From NCBI GenBank assembly GCA_963847215.1, contig CAWJZA010000016.1, forward strand, positions 212,542-276,541: 64,000 nt of DNA. Direction: 5' to 3'. Below, one piece after another: positions 30,235 to 41,803 of the stretch (positions are counted from its first letter, which is position 1; the number at the start of each line of letters is the position of its first letter). The translations under genes were made by a program, and so were the position numbers. Source of the stretch: an uncultured Alphaproteobacteria bacterium. GTDB lineage: Bacteria > Pseudomonadota > Alphaproteobacteria > Sphingomonadales > Sphingomonadaceae. The notes below the pieces were generated by a model. That model worked only from the letters and a program-made list of their open reading frames with translations. It was not told where the DNA came from and searched no databases.

Positions 30235-31133
30235 ATCGCCACCGCCGCATCGCTGGCGGACGGCGGTGCCGGCTTGGCGGGCGCAGGCGGAGCCTTGGCC
30301 GGCGCCTTGACCGGCGCCGCGACGCGAACCGTGATCTGCCCGGGCAGCCGCAGGTCAAAACGGGTATAGCCATGGCCGACCAGCCCGGTCTTGCGGTCGA
30401 GCGCATCGAAGCGGGCGAGCGCCGCCCGTGCCGCCGCGCCTTCGGGCAGGAGCAGCGTCTCGCCGCTGCGGAAGCGCAGATCCCAGCGCCGCGCGCCGAC
30501 GAAGGTCGCGGCATCGACCTGCGGCGCCAGCCGCCAGCTCGACAGCAAGGCAAGAAGGTCGCCGACATGGTCGTTCGCGCCCGGGCCGACCACGAGGGGG
30601 AGCGCGGCAAAGCGATCGAGGCGCTCGGCGGTCAGCGGCACGCCGCTGCGGTCGATCGCCACCAGCCGGTGGCGGAATTGCCACAGCGCCACCGGGCGGC
30701 GCTCGACGACATCGACGATCATCGTGTCGGGCAGACGCCGGGCGACGCTCGCGTCGGCCACCCATGGCAGCGCGAGCAGCCGTGACCGCGCCGCGGCGAG
30801 GTCGACCAGCAGCATCGAATTGGTCGGCCCCTCAAGCGCGGCGGCGATCACCGCCAGCCGGGGCCCGGTGGCGACGCCGTGGACCTCGACGTGGCGGACC
30901 TCGAAGCCGGCGACGGCGGCCATCCGCGCCGTCGCCTGCCACGCGCGGCCGGGCAGGCCGGCGATCATGGCGGCGGCGGCCGCGGCGGCGACCAGCAGGA
31001 GGACGAAGGCGCTGGCGGCGTGGCGGACGAAGCGGCGCGGCGCCAGCGGCACACGAACCATCGCCGGCGGCTTCTTGCGCACCGCCGCCTTCTTTCGCGG
31101 GGCCGCGCCTCGCTTGATCACCGCCGCGTTCAT
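30231..31133 (-). CDS. ftsQ: Cell division protein FtsQ/DivIB
   Basis: TM plus POTRA (LPWVADASVARRLPD), RRWDL, DLRLP; position in dcw cluster. Confidence 0.9.
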   Translation of the reverse strand: MNAAVIKRGAAPRKKAAVRKKPPAMVRVPLAPRRFVRHAASAFVLLLVAAAAAAAMIAGLPGRAWQATARMAAVAGFEVRHVEVHGVATGPRLAVIAAALEGPTNSMLLVDLAAARSRLLALPWVADASVARRLPDTMIVDVVERRPVALWQFRHRLVAIDRSGVPLTAERLDRFAALPLVVGPGANDHVGDLLALLSSWRLAPQVDAATFVGARRWDLRFRSGETLLLPEGAAARAALARFDALDRKTGLVGHGYTRFDLRLPGQITVRVAAPVKAPAKAPPAPAKPAPPSASDAAVAI

Positions 31134-32050
31134 GCCGCGCTCGCCAGCAGCCGTGCGACCAGCGCGTCGTAATCGATGCCCCGGTAGCGCGCCTGTTCGG
31201 GCACCAGGCTCAAGGGCGTCATGCCCGGCTGGGTATTGATCTCGAGCAGGTAGAGCCCGGCCTCACCGTGACGATCATCCCACCGGAAATCGGCACGGGA
31301 CGCGCCACGGCAGCCGAGCGCGGCGTGGGCCTTGGCCGCCATTGCCAGCGCGCTCGCCTCGACATCGGCCGGCAGGTCGGCCGGGCAGAGATGGACAGTC
31401 AGGCCGTCCGTGTACTTGGCGTCGTAGTCGTAGAAGCCCTTGACCGGCTTTAGTTCGGTCACCGCCAGCGGCCATGGCCCGGCCGGCGTGTCGAGTACGG
31501 CGACGGTCAGCTCGCGCCCTTCGATGAAAGGTTCGGCGAGCAGTTTGTCGAATTCGCGCCACGGTCCAGCGGCGTCGGCGGCAATCGGGTTGCCGTAGTT
31601 CGCCGTGTCGGTGACGATCGCGACGCCGACGCTCGACCCCTCGTTGACGGGTTTCAGGACGTAGGGGCGGGCCAGGGGATCGCCGGCGTGCAGGCTGGCC
31701 GATGTCACCACGCGACCGGCCGGCATGCGGATGCCCAAGGGCACGAGCAGCGCCTTGGTCAGCGCCTTGTCGATGGCAATCGCCGACGCCGCGACGCCGC
31801 TGTGGGTATAGCGCAGCCCCAGCAGATCGAGCACGCCCTGCACCGTGCCGTCTTCGCCCGGAGATCCGTGCAGCGCGTTGAACACGATGTCGGGCTTGGC
31901 GGCGATCAGGCGCGCGGCGACATCGCGGTCCATGTCGATCTCGACCACGTCGTGCTCCAGCCGGCGCAGCGCCGCGGCAATGCCGGCGCCACTGGTCAGC
32001 GACACCTCACGCTCGGCCGACCAGCCGCCCATCAGGACCGCGACCTTCAT
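31130..32050 (-). CDS. ddl: D-alanine--D-alanine ligase
   Basis: [38 protein letters not shown]. Confidence 0.95.
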   Translation of the reverse strand: MKVAVLMGGWSAEREVSLTSGAGIAAALRRLEHDVVEIDMDRDVAARLIAAKPDIVFNALHGSPGEDGTVQGVLDLLGLRYTHSGVAASAIAIDKALTKALLVPLGIRMPAGRVVTSASLHAGDPLARPYVLKPVNEGSSVGVAIVTDTANYGNPIAADAAGPWREFDKLLAEPFIEGRELTVAVLDTPAGPWPLAVTELKPVKGFYDYDAKYTDGLTVHLCPADLPADVEASALAMAAKAHAALGCRGASRADFRWDDRHGEAGLYLLEINTQPGMTPLSLVPEQARYRGIDYDALVARLLASAA

Positions 32051-32948
32051 CGCCGGCCCACCCGGACGATTTCCCAGCGCAGGTCGACGCCGCTGTGCGC
32101 GCGGACGCGGGCGCGGACCTCCTCGCCGAGCCCCTCGAGGTCGGCGCTCGTCGCGTCGCCGGTGTTGATGAGGAAGTTGGTATGCTTGTCGCTGACCTGC
32201 GCCCCGCCGCGCCGCAGCCCGCGGCAGCCGGCAGCGTCGATCAGCCGCCACGCCTTGTCGCCGGGCGGATTGGCGAAGGTCGAGCCGCCCGTGCGCGACC
32301 GCAGCGGCTGCGACGCCTCGCGTTCGGCGGCGATGCGGTCCATCTCGGCGGTGATCGCGGCGCGGTCGCCGGGGCGTGCGCGCGGAACATCGCCTCGACG
32401 ACGACCGCGCCGTCGGGCAAATCGCTATGGCGGTAGCTGAAGCCGAGGTCGGCGGCGCTCAGCGTGGTGAGCGAGCCGTCGCGGTGGACGACCGTCGCCT
32501 CGACCAGGCAGTCGGCGACTTCGCGGCCGTAGGCGCCGGCGTTCATCCGGACCGCGCCGCCGACGGTGCCGGGGATGCCGCGCAGGAACTCGAGGCCACT
32601 CAGCCCGGCGTCGCGGGCGGCGCTGGCAACGGCGATGCCCGGCGCGCCGGCACCGGCGACGGACAGGTCGCCGTCGACAGCGACTGCGGCGAAGGGCTTG
32701 CCGAGACGGACGGCACGCCCCGCGACGCCGCCGTCGCGGACGATGAGGTTCGAGCCCAGGCCGAGCGGCAGGAGCGGGAAGGCCGGCGTCGATGTCGCCG
32801 AAGAAATACGACAAGGTCGGCGACGTCGGCTGGCTCGAACAGGATGTCCGCTGCGCCGCCGGCCTTGAACCAGATTAGCGGAGCCAACGGCGCGGACGAT
32901 GTCAGCCGTCCGCGGACAGCGCGCAGCTTTGGAGCGCGCCGCGCTCAC
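32047..32948 (-). CDS. murB: UDP-N-acetylmuramate dehydrogenase (frameshifted)
   Basis: [49 protein letters not shown]. Confidence 0.92.
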
Positions 32949-34361
32949 CGCAGCGCCGCAATCGCCGGGCGCGAGGCCCGCCGCCCATTTGGTGATGTCC
33001 CCGGCGCCGAGGCAGACGACGGTGTCGCCGGCGGCGACAACCGCCGCCAGCTGGGCGGCGAGCGCGTCGGCGCCGCTGGTCGTCGCCACGCTGCGGTGGC
33101 CGGCACGCTTCAGGCCGGTGGCGAGTGCGTCGGCATCGACGCCCGCGATCGCGGCCTCACCGGCGGCGTAGACGGGCGCGACGATGACCATGTCGGCGTC
33201 GTTGAACGCGGTCTGGAAGTCGCTCATCAGGTCGCGCAGGCGAGTGAAGCGGTGCGGCTGGACGACGGCGATGACGCGGCCCTCGGCCCCCTCGCGCGCG
33301 GCCGACAGGACGGCGCGGATCTCGACCGGGTGGTGACCGTAATCGTCGATGATCGTCACCGATCCGCCGGGCAGGGCGACCTCGCCGACGCGCGTGAAGC
33401 GACGCTTGACCCCGCCGAAGCGGGCGAAGCCGTCGCGGATCGCGGCGTCGCTGATGCCCAGCTCGACCGCGACGGCAATCGCGGCGAGCGCGTTCTGGAC
33501 ATTGTGTCGGCCCGGCATCGGCAGAGTCAGCGGTTCGATGCGCCGCTCGCTGCCGTCGCGAGCGCGGAGCACGGCCGCGAAGCGGTTGCCGCCCGCCACC
33601 GGCGTGACGCTCTCGCCGCGGACGTCGGCCTGCGCCGAGAAGCCGTAGGTGATGATGCGGCGATCGCCGAGCTGGGGCAGCAGCGCCTGGACCTCGGGAT
33701 GGTCGAGGCACAGCACGCCCGCGCCGTAGAAGGGGACGTGCTCGACGAACTCGACGAACGCCGCCTTGACGCGCTCGAAATCGCCATAGTGGTCGAGGTG
33801 CTCGGGGTCGATGTTGGTGACGACGCCGATCGTGCCGTGGAGGCGGAGGAAACTGCCGTCGCTCTCGTCGGCTTCGACCACCATCCACTCGCCCGCGCCG
33901 AGGCGCGCATTCGAGCCGTAGGTGTTGATGATGCCGCCGTTGATGACGGTCGGGTCCATGCCGCCGGCGTCGAGCAGGGCGGCGATCATCGACGTCGTCG
34001 TCGTCTTGCCGTGGGTGCCGGCGATGGCGACGGTCGATTTCAGCCGCATCAGCTCGGCGAGCATCTCGGCGCGGCGGACGACGGGAATCCGCCGCTCGAC
34101 CGCCGCGGCAACCTCGGGATTGCTGCGCGGGATCGCCGTCGAGGTGACGACTACCGCCGCGTCGCCCAGGTTCGCCGCGTCGTGGCCGATGGTCACAGCG
34201 ATTCCCTTGTCGCGCAGTCCCTGGACGACATAGCCCTCGGCGACATCGCTGCCCTGCACGGCATAGCCGAGGTTGTGCATGACTTCGGCAATGCCCGACA
34301 TGCCGATGCCGCCGATACCGATGAAGTGGATCGTGCCGATGTCGCGCGCTATGCCAGTCAA
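32945..34361 (-). CDS. murC: UDP-N-acetylmuramate--L-alanine ligase (frameshift near the 3' end)
   Basis: [42 protein letters not shown]. Confidence 0.95.
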
Positions 34362-34374
34362 GATCGTGGTCCGG

Positions 34375-35457
34375 TCATGCAGTCAGGCCTGTGACGAGGT
34401 CGGCGAGTGTCGCGCCGGCCGCGGGGTGACCGATGCTTCTAGCCGCTTGCGCCGCCTTGGCCAGAGCGCCCGGCACCGTCACCAGCGAAACGATCGCCGC
34501 CGCGACGGCGTCGGGCGTGAATACCGCCTCGCGCAGCATCGGCCCGGCACCGGCAGCGACGAAAGCGGCGGCATTGGCTGCCTGGTGGTCGTCGGTCGCC
34601 GCGGCAAACGGAACCAGGATCGCCGGCCGGCCGGCGGCGGTCAGTTCCGCCATGGTCGACGCCCCGGAGCGGGTGATGACCAGATGGGCGGTCGCCAGCC
34701 GCGCGGCGAAATCGGCGAAATAGGGTTCGCACGTTGCGGCCGTGCCCTGCGCGGCATAGGCGGCGCGGACGACGGCGAGGTCCTCGGGGCGGCACTGCTG
34801 GACGACGTGGAGGCGGGCGCGAAGGTCGGCGGGCAGTGCGCCGACTGCCGCCGGCACGACGCGCGACAGGATGCTGGCGCCCTGGCTGCCGCCGGTGACG
34901 AACAGGACGAGGGCGGCGTCCGTCGCGGGGAAGGGGGCGGCGCCGATGGCAGCGATCTCGGGCCGCACCGGCAGGCCGGTAAAGTGGGTCTTGGCGACAT
35001 AGCGGGGCGGCAGGCGCAGCGTCGGCTTGAAACTGGTGGCGATCGCTGTAGCGCGACCGGCAAGCAGTCGGTTGACCCGGCCGAGAACGGCGTTCTGCTC
35101 GTGCAGCACCGCCGGCCGGCGCAGGCCGACTGCGGCGAGCAGCGGCGGCAGCGACGGATAGCCGCCGAAGCCGACGACGGCAGCGACGTCTTCGGCGCGC
35201 AGGAAGGCGCGTGCCTCGCGGCGGCCGCGGACGACCCTGGCCAGCGTCCGCGTCCAGCCGAAGGGATTTCGCCCGCCAATTACCCCGCTCTCGACGACGC
35301 GGCTCTCGACCCCCTCGAACAGGCCGGGGAAACGGAGGCCGCGGGCGTCGGTCAGCAGCGTTACTCGGTGGCCGCGCGTCGTCAGCTCGGCGGCAAGGAC
35401 GTGGGCCGGCACCATGTGCCCTCCCGTCCCGCCGGCGGCGACGACGTAGTGGCTCAT
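34375..35457 (-). CDS. murG: Lipid II GlcNAc transferase MurG
   Basis: GGTGGH, GFGGYPS, HEQN, GGSQGA, RSGAST, HQAANA. Confidence 0.96.
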   Translation of the reverse strand: MSHYVVAAGGTGGHMVPAHVLAAELTTRGHRVTLLTDARGLRFPGLFEGVESRVVESGVIGGRNPFGWTRTLARVVRGRREARAFLRAEDVAAVVGFGGYPSLPPLLAAVGLRRPAVLHEQNAVLGRVNRLLAGRATAIATSFKPTLRLPPRYVAKTHFTGLPVRPEIAAIGAAPFPATDAALVLFVTGGSQGASILSRVVPAAVGALPADLRARLHVVQQCRPEDLAVVRAAYAAQGTAATCEPYFADFAARLATAHLVITRSGASTMAELTAAGRPAILVPFAAATDDHQAANAAAFVAAGAGPMLREAVFTPDAVAAAIVSLVTVPGALAKAAQAARSIGHPAAGATLADLVTGLTA

Positions 35458-36614
35458 GCCGCCCGCGCTCCGGGTGCATAGGGCGAGGCCTTGAGGTACG
35501 GGTTGCGCCGCGTCAGGGCGAGCAGCAGCCCCATGCCGATCGACAAGGCGAGGAACGACGAACCGCCATGGCTGATGAACGGCAGGGTCATGCCCTTCGA
35601 CGGCAGCAGCGCCAGGTTGACGCTCATGTTGATCGCCGCCTGCAGGCCGAACTCGATCGCCAGCCCGCCGGCGGCGAGGAAGATGAACGGCTCCTCCTCG
35701 TCGAGCAGCTGGAGCAGGACGCGGACGACGATCGCCAAGTACAGCACGGCGAGCATGAAGCAGGCGATGGCGCCGAACTCCTCGCCGATGACCGAGAAGA
35801 TATAGTCGGTGTGCGCCTCGGGCAGGCGGAACTTCATCTGCCCCTCGCCGGGCCCCGCGCCGAACAGCCCGCCGGCCTTGAAGCAGTCGAGCGCGCGGTC
35901 GATCTGGTAGGTGTCGCCCGTGCCCTTGACGAAATGGTCGATGCGTTCGGCGACGTGGGTCGAGGTCAGATAGGCGACGCCGAGGCCGGCGACCGCGAGG
36001 CAGATGACGCCGCCGACGACGAGCAGGCTCATTCCCGCGAGCACCGCCTGGGCCAGCCAGACCGCGCCGAACAGCGCCGTCTGGCCAAAGTCGGGTTGCT
36101 TCACCAGCAGCGCGGCAATGACCGCCAGCAGGCCGAACGACAGCTGCATCGTCGGCAGGCTGCGGTCGTCGAACCGCGCCGCCAGCAGCCAGGCGGTGGC
36201 GATGACGAACATCGGCTTCAGGAACTCCGACGGCTGCAGCTGGAAGCCCGGCAGGTTAATCCAGCGCACCGCGCCGTTGACCTCGCTGCCGACCAGCGGC
36301 ACGGCGAACAGCATGGCGAGGAAGACGACGGTGCCGCCGATGGCGACGCGCTTGGCCCAGCGCACCGGCAGCATCGAGACGCCGAGCATGACCGGCACGC
36401 CGGCGAGCACCCACAGCACCTGGCGCTTGAGATAATACAGGTCGCCGACCCGGACCGAGCCGCCCGAGTAGCGGTGCGCCGCGGCCGGCGAGGCGGCGGC
36501 GACGGCGACGATGCCGAGCCCGATCAGCAGCAGGACGAGGGCCAGCAGCGGCTTGTCGATGGTCCAGAACCAGCGGCCGAGCAGGCTGCGGTCGTTGCGC
36601 GACAGATGTTTCAC
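35454..36614 (-). CDS. ftsW: SEDS peptidoglycan polymerase FtsW
   Basis: QPSEFLKP, QPDFG, PEAHTDYIF, PSKGMTLPFISHGGSS. Confidence 0.95.
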   Translation of the reverse strand: MKHLSRNDRSLLGRWFWTIDKPLLALVLLLIGLGIVAVAAASPAAAHRYSGGSVRVGDLYYLKRQVLWVLAGVPVMLGVSMLPVRWAKRVAIGGTVVFLAMLFAVPLVGSEVNGAVRWINLPGFQLQPSEFLKPMFVIATAWLLAARFDDRSLPTMQLSFGLLAVIAALLVKQPDFGQTALFGAVWLAQAVLAGMSLLVVGGVICLAVAGLGVAYLTSTHVAERIDHFVKGTGDTYQIDRALDCFKAGGLFGAGPGEGQMKFRLPEAHTDYIFSVIGEEFGAIACFMLAVLYLAIVVRVLLQLLDEEEPFIFLAAGGLAIEFGLQAAINMSVNLALLPSKGMTLPFISHGGSSFLALSIGMGLLLALTRRNPYLKASPYAPGARAA

Positions 36615-37894
36615 AGGCCCCCCACAAGCTGTCGGAACGCCGCGCCGCGCGCGGCATAGTCGCTGAACTGGTCATAGCTGGCGCAGGCGGGCGACAGCAG
36701 GACCGTGTCGCCCGGCGCGGCGGCGGCGGCGGCCAGCGCGACGGCGCGGTCGAGCGTGCCGGCGTCGATCACCGCGACCCGGTCGGCGAGCAGGCGGGCG
36801 AACAGGGGCGCCGCCTCACCGATCAGGTACGCCGTCCGGACGTGCGGCAGGAATGGCAGGCAGGCGTCGAGCTCGTCGGTCTTGGCCTGGCCGCCGGCGA
36901 TCCAGTGGACGCGGGCGAAGGCGGCAAGCGCGGGGGCTGTGGAGGTCGGATTGGTCGCCTTGCTGTCGTTGACATACGCGACGCCGTTCACCTCGCGCAC
37001 CCGTTCCATTCGGTGCGGCAGGCCGGGGTAGCTGGCGAAGCCGCGGCCGATGGCGTCGTCGTCGACGCCGAGGACGCGCAGCGCGCCGATGGCACAGGCG
37101 GCGTTCTGGGCGTTGTGCGGTCCTTGCAGCGCCGGCCAGTCCGACTGATCGCCGACGCGACTGCCGCTGACCACGGTGACGTGCCCCTCCCGCCCGGGTT
37201 CAAGGCCGATGTCGTCGGCGATGGCGCGGGTATGCGCGTCGTCGACGGCAATAACCGCGTGGCTGCCCGGCCGCTGCATCGCGAACAGGCGCGTCTTGGC
37301 GGCGATGTAGGCGGCCATCGTGCCGTGCCGGTCGAGATGATCGGGGGTGATGTTGGTCAGCACGGCGACGTCGCAGTCGAGGGTGAAGGTCAGGTCGAGC
37401 TGGAAGCTCGATAGCTCGAGAACATAGATGCCGCCGGCGGGGAGCGGCTCCTCCGACAGGATCGGCGCGCCGATGTTGCCGCCCAGCCGTGCCGGTACGC
37501 CGGCTGTCGCCAGGACGTGGTGGATCAGCGCAGCCGTCGTCGACTTGCCGTTGGTGCCGGTGACGCCGACGACCTTGTGCCTGGGCAGCCCGAGGCGAGC
37601 CTGCGCGAACAGCTCGGTGTCGCCGATGACGGGGATGCTGGCGGTACGCGCGCGGCGAAAGACCGGAACATCGTGCGGCACGCCGGGCGAGACGACCATC
37701 GCTGCCAGTCCCGACAGGTCGGCGGCATGAAGGTCGGTGACTTCGCCGGCGAAGGTGGCGCGCGCGGCCTCGCCGTCGTCCCACGCCGCAACCCTTGCCC
37801 CGCTTGCGGTCAGTGCGGCGACCACCGACCGGCCGGTACGCGCGAGGCCGTAGACGCCGAAGGTCTTCCCCGCCCAGGCGGCGTTGGTGATCAC
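36611..37894 (-). CDS. murD: UDP-MurNAc-L-Ala--D-glutamate ligase
   Basis: [40 protein letters not shown]. Confidence 0.95.
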   Translation of the reverse strand: MITNAAWAGKTFGVYGLARTGRSVVAALTASGARVAAWDDGEAARATFAGEVTDLHAADLSGLAAMVVSPGVPHDVPVFRRARTASIPVIGDTELFAQARLGLPRHKVVGVTGTNGKSTTAALIHHVLATAGVPARLGGNIGAPILSEEPLPAGGIYVLELSSFQLDLTFTLDCDVAVLTNITPDHLDRHGTMAAYIAAKTRLFAMQRPGSHAVIAVDDAHTRAIADDIGLEPGREGHVTVVSGSRVGDQSDWPALQGPHNAQNAACAIGALRVLGVDDDAIGRGFASYPGLPHRMERVREVNGVAYVNDSKATNPTSTAPALAAFARVHWIAGGQAKTDELDACLPFLPHVRTAYLIGEAAPLFARLLADRVAVIDAGTLDRAVALAAAAAAPGDTVLLSPACASYDQFSDYAARGAAFRQLVGGL

Positions 37895-38964
37895 CGCAGC
37901 TTCAACGTGGCAAGGCCGGCGAGCGCCAGCACGAGGGACACGATCCAGAAGCGAATGACGACGGTCGATTCGCTCCAGCCGAGCTGTTCGTAGTGGTGGT
38001 GCAGCGGCGCCATCTTGAACACCCGCTTGCCCGTGGTCTTGAAGCTGACGACCTGGACGATGACGCTGACCGTCTCCAGTACGAACAGGCCGCCGATCAG
38101 CAGCAGGACGATCTCGTGGTTGGTCACCACCGCCACCGTGCCGAGCGCGCCGCCCAGCGCCAAGCTGCCGGTGTCGCCCATGAACACCGCCGCCGGCGGC
38201 GCGTTGAACCACAGGAATCCGAGGCACGCCCCGATCAGCGCACCGACGAAGATCGCCAGTTCGCCCGATCCGGGCACATGGTGGATGCCGAGATAGTCGG
38301 CGAAGCGGATGTTACCCGCGAGATAGGCGATCACCCCCAGCGTGAGCGCGGCGATAATCACCGGCATCGTTGCCAGCCCGTCGAGCCCGTCGGTCAGGTT
38401 GACGGCATTGCCCATGCCGGCAACGATGAAGGCGCCGAACAGGATATAGCCGAGGCCGAGATATAATCCGGCGTCCTTGAGGAACGGCAGGTACAGCGTG
38501 TGTCCGGTGCGCGTGCCGATGTACCACGTCGCCGCCCCGGCGATGGCGAACTCGAGCGCGAGGCGGACGCGGCCTGACACGCCCTTGGCCGACCGCTTCA
38601 CCACCTTGTCGTAGTCGTCGAGGAAGCCGATCGCACCGAAGCCGAGCGTGACGAACAGGCACGCCCAGGTGAAGCCGTTCGACACGTCCATCCATAACAA
38701 GGTGCTGACCGTCATCGACACCAGGATGAGCAGCCCGCCCATGGTCGGCGTGCCCTTCTTGGTCAGCAGGTGTGACGCTGGTCCATCGCTGCGGATCGGC
38801 TGGCCCTTGCCCTGCTTGGTCCTCAGCCAGGCGATGAAGCGCGGGCCGAGCCACAGGGCGATGACCAGCGCCGTCAGCACCGCCGCGCCGGAGCGGAAGG
38901 TGATGTAGCGGAACAGGTTGAGGATGCCCTCGAAATGGAACATCCGGGCGAGGACGAAGATCAT
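37891..38964 (-). CDS. mraY: Phospho-N-acetylmuramoyl-pentapeptide transferase
   Basis: [36 protein letters not shown]. Confidence 0.97.
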   Translation of the reverse strand: MIFVLARMFHFEGILNLFRYITFRSGAAVLTALVIALWLGPRFIAWLRTKQGKGQPIRSDGPASHLLTKKGTPTMGGLLILVSMTVSTLLWMDVSNGFTWACLFVTLGFGAIGFLDDYDKVVKRSAKGVSGRVRLALEFAIAGAATWYIGTRTGHTLYLPFLKDAGLYLGLGYILFGAFIVAGMGNAVNLTDGLDGLATMPVIIAALTLGVIAYLAGNIRFADYLGIHHVPGSGELAIFVGALIGACLGFLWFNAPPAAVFMGDTGSLALGGALGTVAVVTNHEIVLLLIGGLFVLETVSVIVQVVSFKTTGKRVFKMAPLHHHYEQLGWSESTVVIRFWIVSLVLALAGLATLKLR

Positions 38965-40349
38965 GCGGCCGCTTCCTTGAAGGCGGCGACGACCGCGCCG
39001 AGCCCGACAGAGTTCGAGCCCTTGACCAGCAAAACGTCGCCCGCGGCAAGGTGCGCGGCGACGGCGGCGGTCGCCTGTGCCGCATCGTCGACGAGCAGCG
39101 CCGGGATGTGGCGGGGAAGCGCCGCGGCAAGCGCAGCCATCTCCGGCCCGACGAGGACGGCGTGGCCGACGTGCGCGGCGTCGAGCAGCGGCGCGAGGCC
39201 CGCGTGGAACGCGTCCGCTTCCGCGCCAAGCTCCTTCATCGCGCCGAGGACAACGCGGCGTTTGCCCGCGCCGCTTACCGGCGTGGCGCCGAGCACCTTG
39301 AGCGCCGCGGCCATCGACGCCGGATTGGCGTTGTAGCTTTCGTCGATGACGGTGGCGGTGCCGTCGCCGCGGGCGACGGCGAAGCGCTGCCCCCGCCCGG
39401 GCAGGCCGCCCAGGTCGGCCAGCGCCAGCCCGGCCAGCGCGAGGTCGCCGCCAACCGCGTCGATCGCGGCCAGCACGGCGAGCGCGTTCGACAGCCAATG
39501 CGCGCCGGGCGAACCGATGCGGAAGATCAGCCGGCGCGCGCCGACGACGGCGGTGGCGGTGGTGCAGTCGGGATGGAGGACATGGTCGGTGGCGCGGACG
39601 TCGGCGCCGTCGCCCAGGCCGAAGGTGACAACCCGATCGGTGTGCGCGTGGGCGGCCCGTACCAGCCGGTCGCGGTGGACCGAATCGAACGGGATGATCG
39701 CCGTGCCGCCGGGCTCGAGGCCGGCGAAGATCTCGCCCTTGGCGTCGGCAATGGCCTCTTCACTGGCGAAGAACTCGCGGTGAGCGCTGGCCACCCAGGT
39801 GACAATGGCAACGTGAGGGCGGACCAGCGCGGTCAACGCCTGCAGCTCGCCGGCATGGTTCATGCCCATCTCGAACACGCCGAACCGCGTATCGGCCGGC
39901 ATCCGCGCGAGGCTGAGCGGCACGCCGGTGTGGTTGTTGTAGCTTTTGACCGAAGCGTGGACCGCGTCGGGCGCGGCGCGTTCGAGCGCGAGGCGCAGCG
40001 CCTCCTTGGTGCCCGTCTTGCCGACGCTGCCGGTGACGCCGACGATCCGCGCCGCGGTCCGCGCCCGGGCAGCGACCGCGAGGGCGGTCAGGCCCGCCAT
40101 GGTGTCGGCGACGCGAACGTGCGGCGCGGTGACCGGCTCGGACACCAGCATACCGGCCGCGCCCCGCGCGCATGCACCGTCGACGAAGCGGTGGCCGTCG
40201 GTCGCCTCACCCTTCAGCGCGACGAACAGCTCGCCGCCGATTACCTCGCGCGAATCGAAGGTGACGCCATCGGCGGTGAAGTCGCCGTGCACGGCGCCTC
40301 CGGTGGCGGCCGCGATATCGGCCGCGGTCCACAGTGGCGCAAAGGTCAT
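38961..40349 (-). CDS. murF: UDP-MurNAc-tripeptide--D-Ala-D-Ala ligase
   Basis: [36 protein letters not shown]. Confidence 0.95.
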   Translation of the reverse strand: MTFAPLWTAADIAAATGGAVHGDFTADGVTFDSREVIGGELFVALKGEATDGHRFVDGACARGAAGMLVSEPVTAPHVRVADTMAGLTALAVAARARTAARIVGVTGSVGKTGTKEALRLALERAAPDAVHASVKSYNNHTGVPLSLARMPADTRFGVFEMGMNHAGELQALTALVRPHVAIVTWVASAHREFFASEEAIADAKGEIFAGLEPGGTAIIPFDSVHRDRLVRAAHAHTDRVVTFGLGDGADVRATDHVLHPDCTTATAVVGARRLIFRIGSPGAHWLSNALAVLAAIDAVGGDLALAGLALADLGGLPGRGQRFAVARGDGTATVIDESYNANPASMAAALKVLGATPVSGAGKRRVVLGAMKELGAEADAFHAGLAPLLDAAHVGHAVLVGPEMAALAAALPRHIPALLVDDAAQATAAVAAHLAAGDVLLVKGSNSVGLGAVVAAFKEAAA

Positions 40350-41803
40350 GCCGCCGCCTCGCGCGCGATCTCGTCGGCAACCTCGCGCGCGACGACGGCA
40401 TCGTCGAAGGGCAATACGCGGTCGCCGACGATCTGGCCTTGCTCGTGCCCCTTGCCGGCGATCAGCACGACGTCGCCCGGGCCGCTCGCGGCCACCGCCG
40501 CCCGGATCGCGGCGCGTCGGTCGCCGATCTCACGAGCACCGGGCGCTGCGGCCAGGATCGCGGCGCGGATCGCCGCCGGGTCCTCGCTCCGCGGATTGTC
40601 GTCGGTGACGATGACGTCGTCGGCGTAGGCGACGGCGCTCGCCCCCATCAGCGGCCGCTTGCCGGCGTCGCGGTCGCCGCCGGCGCCGAACACCAGCCGC
40701 AGCCGCCCGGCGACGTGCGGACGCAGCGCGGCGCAGGCGGCGTCGAGGGCGTCAGGCGTATGGGCGTAGTCGACATAGACGGCGCCGCCGCTGCGGGCGA
40801 TGACCGCGCGCTCCAGCCGGCCGCGCACCGGCTGGACGCGGCCGAGATTGCCGAAGGTCGCCGCCGGATCGCCGCCGGTGGCTATGACCAGCGCGGCGGC
40901 GGTCAGCGCGTTCGCCGCCTGATAGGCGCCGATCAACGGCAGCTCGACGCGGTACGCCATGCCGCGCCAGTCGAGGTCGAGCCGCTGCCCGAGCGTGGTC
41001 GGCGTGCGCTCCTTGAGGGCCAGGTCGCCGCGGCCGGCGCGGATCGTCGCCACACCGCGCGCGCGGGCCGTCGCGATCACCCGCGCCGCCCAGTCGCTGC
41101 CGTCGTCCCACACCACCGCCGTGCCGTCACCGTCGACGACCTCGCCGAACAGCCGCAGCTTGGCGGCGAAATAGGCCTCCATGTCGCCGTGGTAGTCGAG
41201 GTGGTCGCGGCTGAGATTGGTGAAGGCGGCCGCCCGTACCGGCAGACCCTCGGTGCGGTACTGTGACAGGCCATGGCTCGACGCCTCGAAGGCGACGTGG
41301 CTCAGCCCCTCTCGGGCCAGCCCGCCGACGTTGGCGAGGAAGGTGACGATGTCCGGCGTCGTCAGCCCGGTCGTCACTTGGTCGTCGGCGGTGGTCACGC
41401 CAAGCGTGCCGATGCTCGCCGCGCGCTCGCCAGCCAGTCGCCACAGCTGGCGCGTCAGTTCGACGGTCGACGTCTTGCCGTTGGTGCCGGTGACCGCGAC
41501 CGTCGTCGCTGGATAAGGCGCGAAGAACGGCGCGGCGATGCGGGCGAAGCGTCGGCGCGGCTCGCTGTCGGCGAGGTGGACGGCGCCTTCGACCCGCACC
41601 TGCGGCCGGGCGACGACGGCGACCGCGCCGGCGGCGATCGCCGCGGGCACGAAGTCCTCGCCGTTGACGCTCGCGCCTTGAAAGGCGCCGAACACCGTCC
41701 CCGGCGCGACCTTCCTATGGTCGATGGCGAAGCCGGTGACGGTGCGCGCCGCGTCCTCGGCGGAGAGTGCCGCTTCCCCGGGGACGAGATCGGCCAGCCT
41801 CAC
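40346..41803 (-). CDS. murE: UDP-MurNAc-dipeptide--DAP ligase
   Basis: TGTNGKTS, TNLSRDHLDYH, DYAHTPD, DNPR, AGKGHE. Confidence 0.96.
   Translation of the reverse strand: MRLADLVPGEAALSAEDAARTVTGFAIDHRKVAPGTVFGAFQGASVNGEDFVPAAIAAGAVAVVARPQVRVEGAVHLADSEPRRRFARIAAPFFAPYPATTVAVTGTNGKTSTVELTRQLWRLAGERAASIGTLGVTTADDQVTTGLTTPDIVTFLANVGGLAREGLSHVAFEASSHGLSQYRTEGLPVRAAAFTNLSRDHLDYHGDMEAYFAAKLRLFGEVVDGDGTAVVWDDGSDWAARVIATARARGVATIRAGRGDLALKERTPTTLGQRLDLDWRGMAYRVELPLIGAYQAANALTAAALVIATGGDPAATFGNLGRVQPVRGRLERAVIARSGGAVYVDYAHTPDALDAACAALRPHVAGRLRLVFGAGGDRDAGKRPLMGASAVAYADDVIVTDDNPRSEDPAAIRAAILAAAPGAREIGDRRAAIRAAVAASGPGDVVLIAGKGHEQGQIVGDRVLPFDDAVVAREVADEIAREAAA

Noticed and set aside
32241-34361. Apparent MurC-MurB fusion (706-aa ORF)
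   Set aside because: Produced by indels near the junction; the normal GTGA stop/start overlap is visible at 32945-32948
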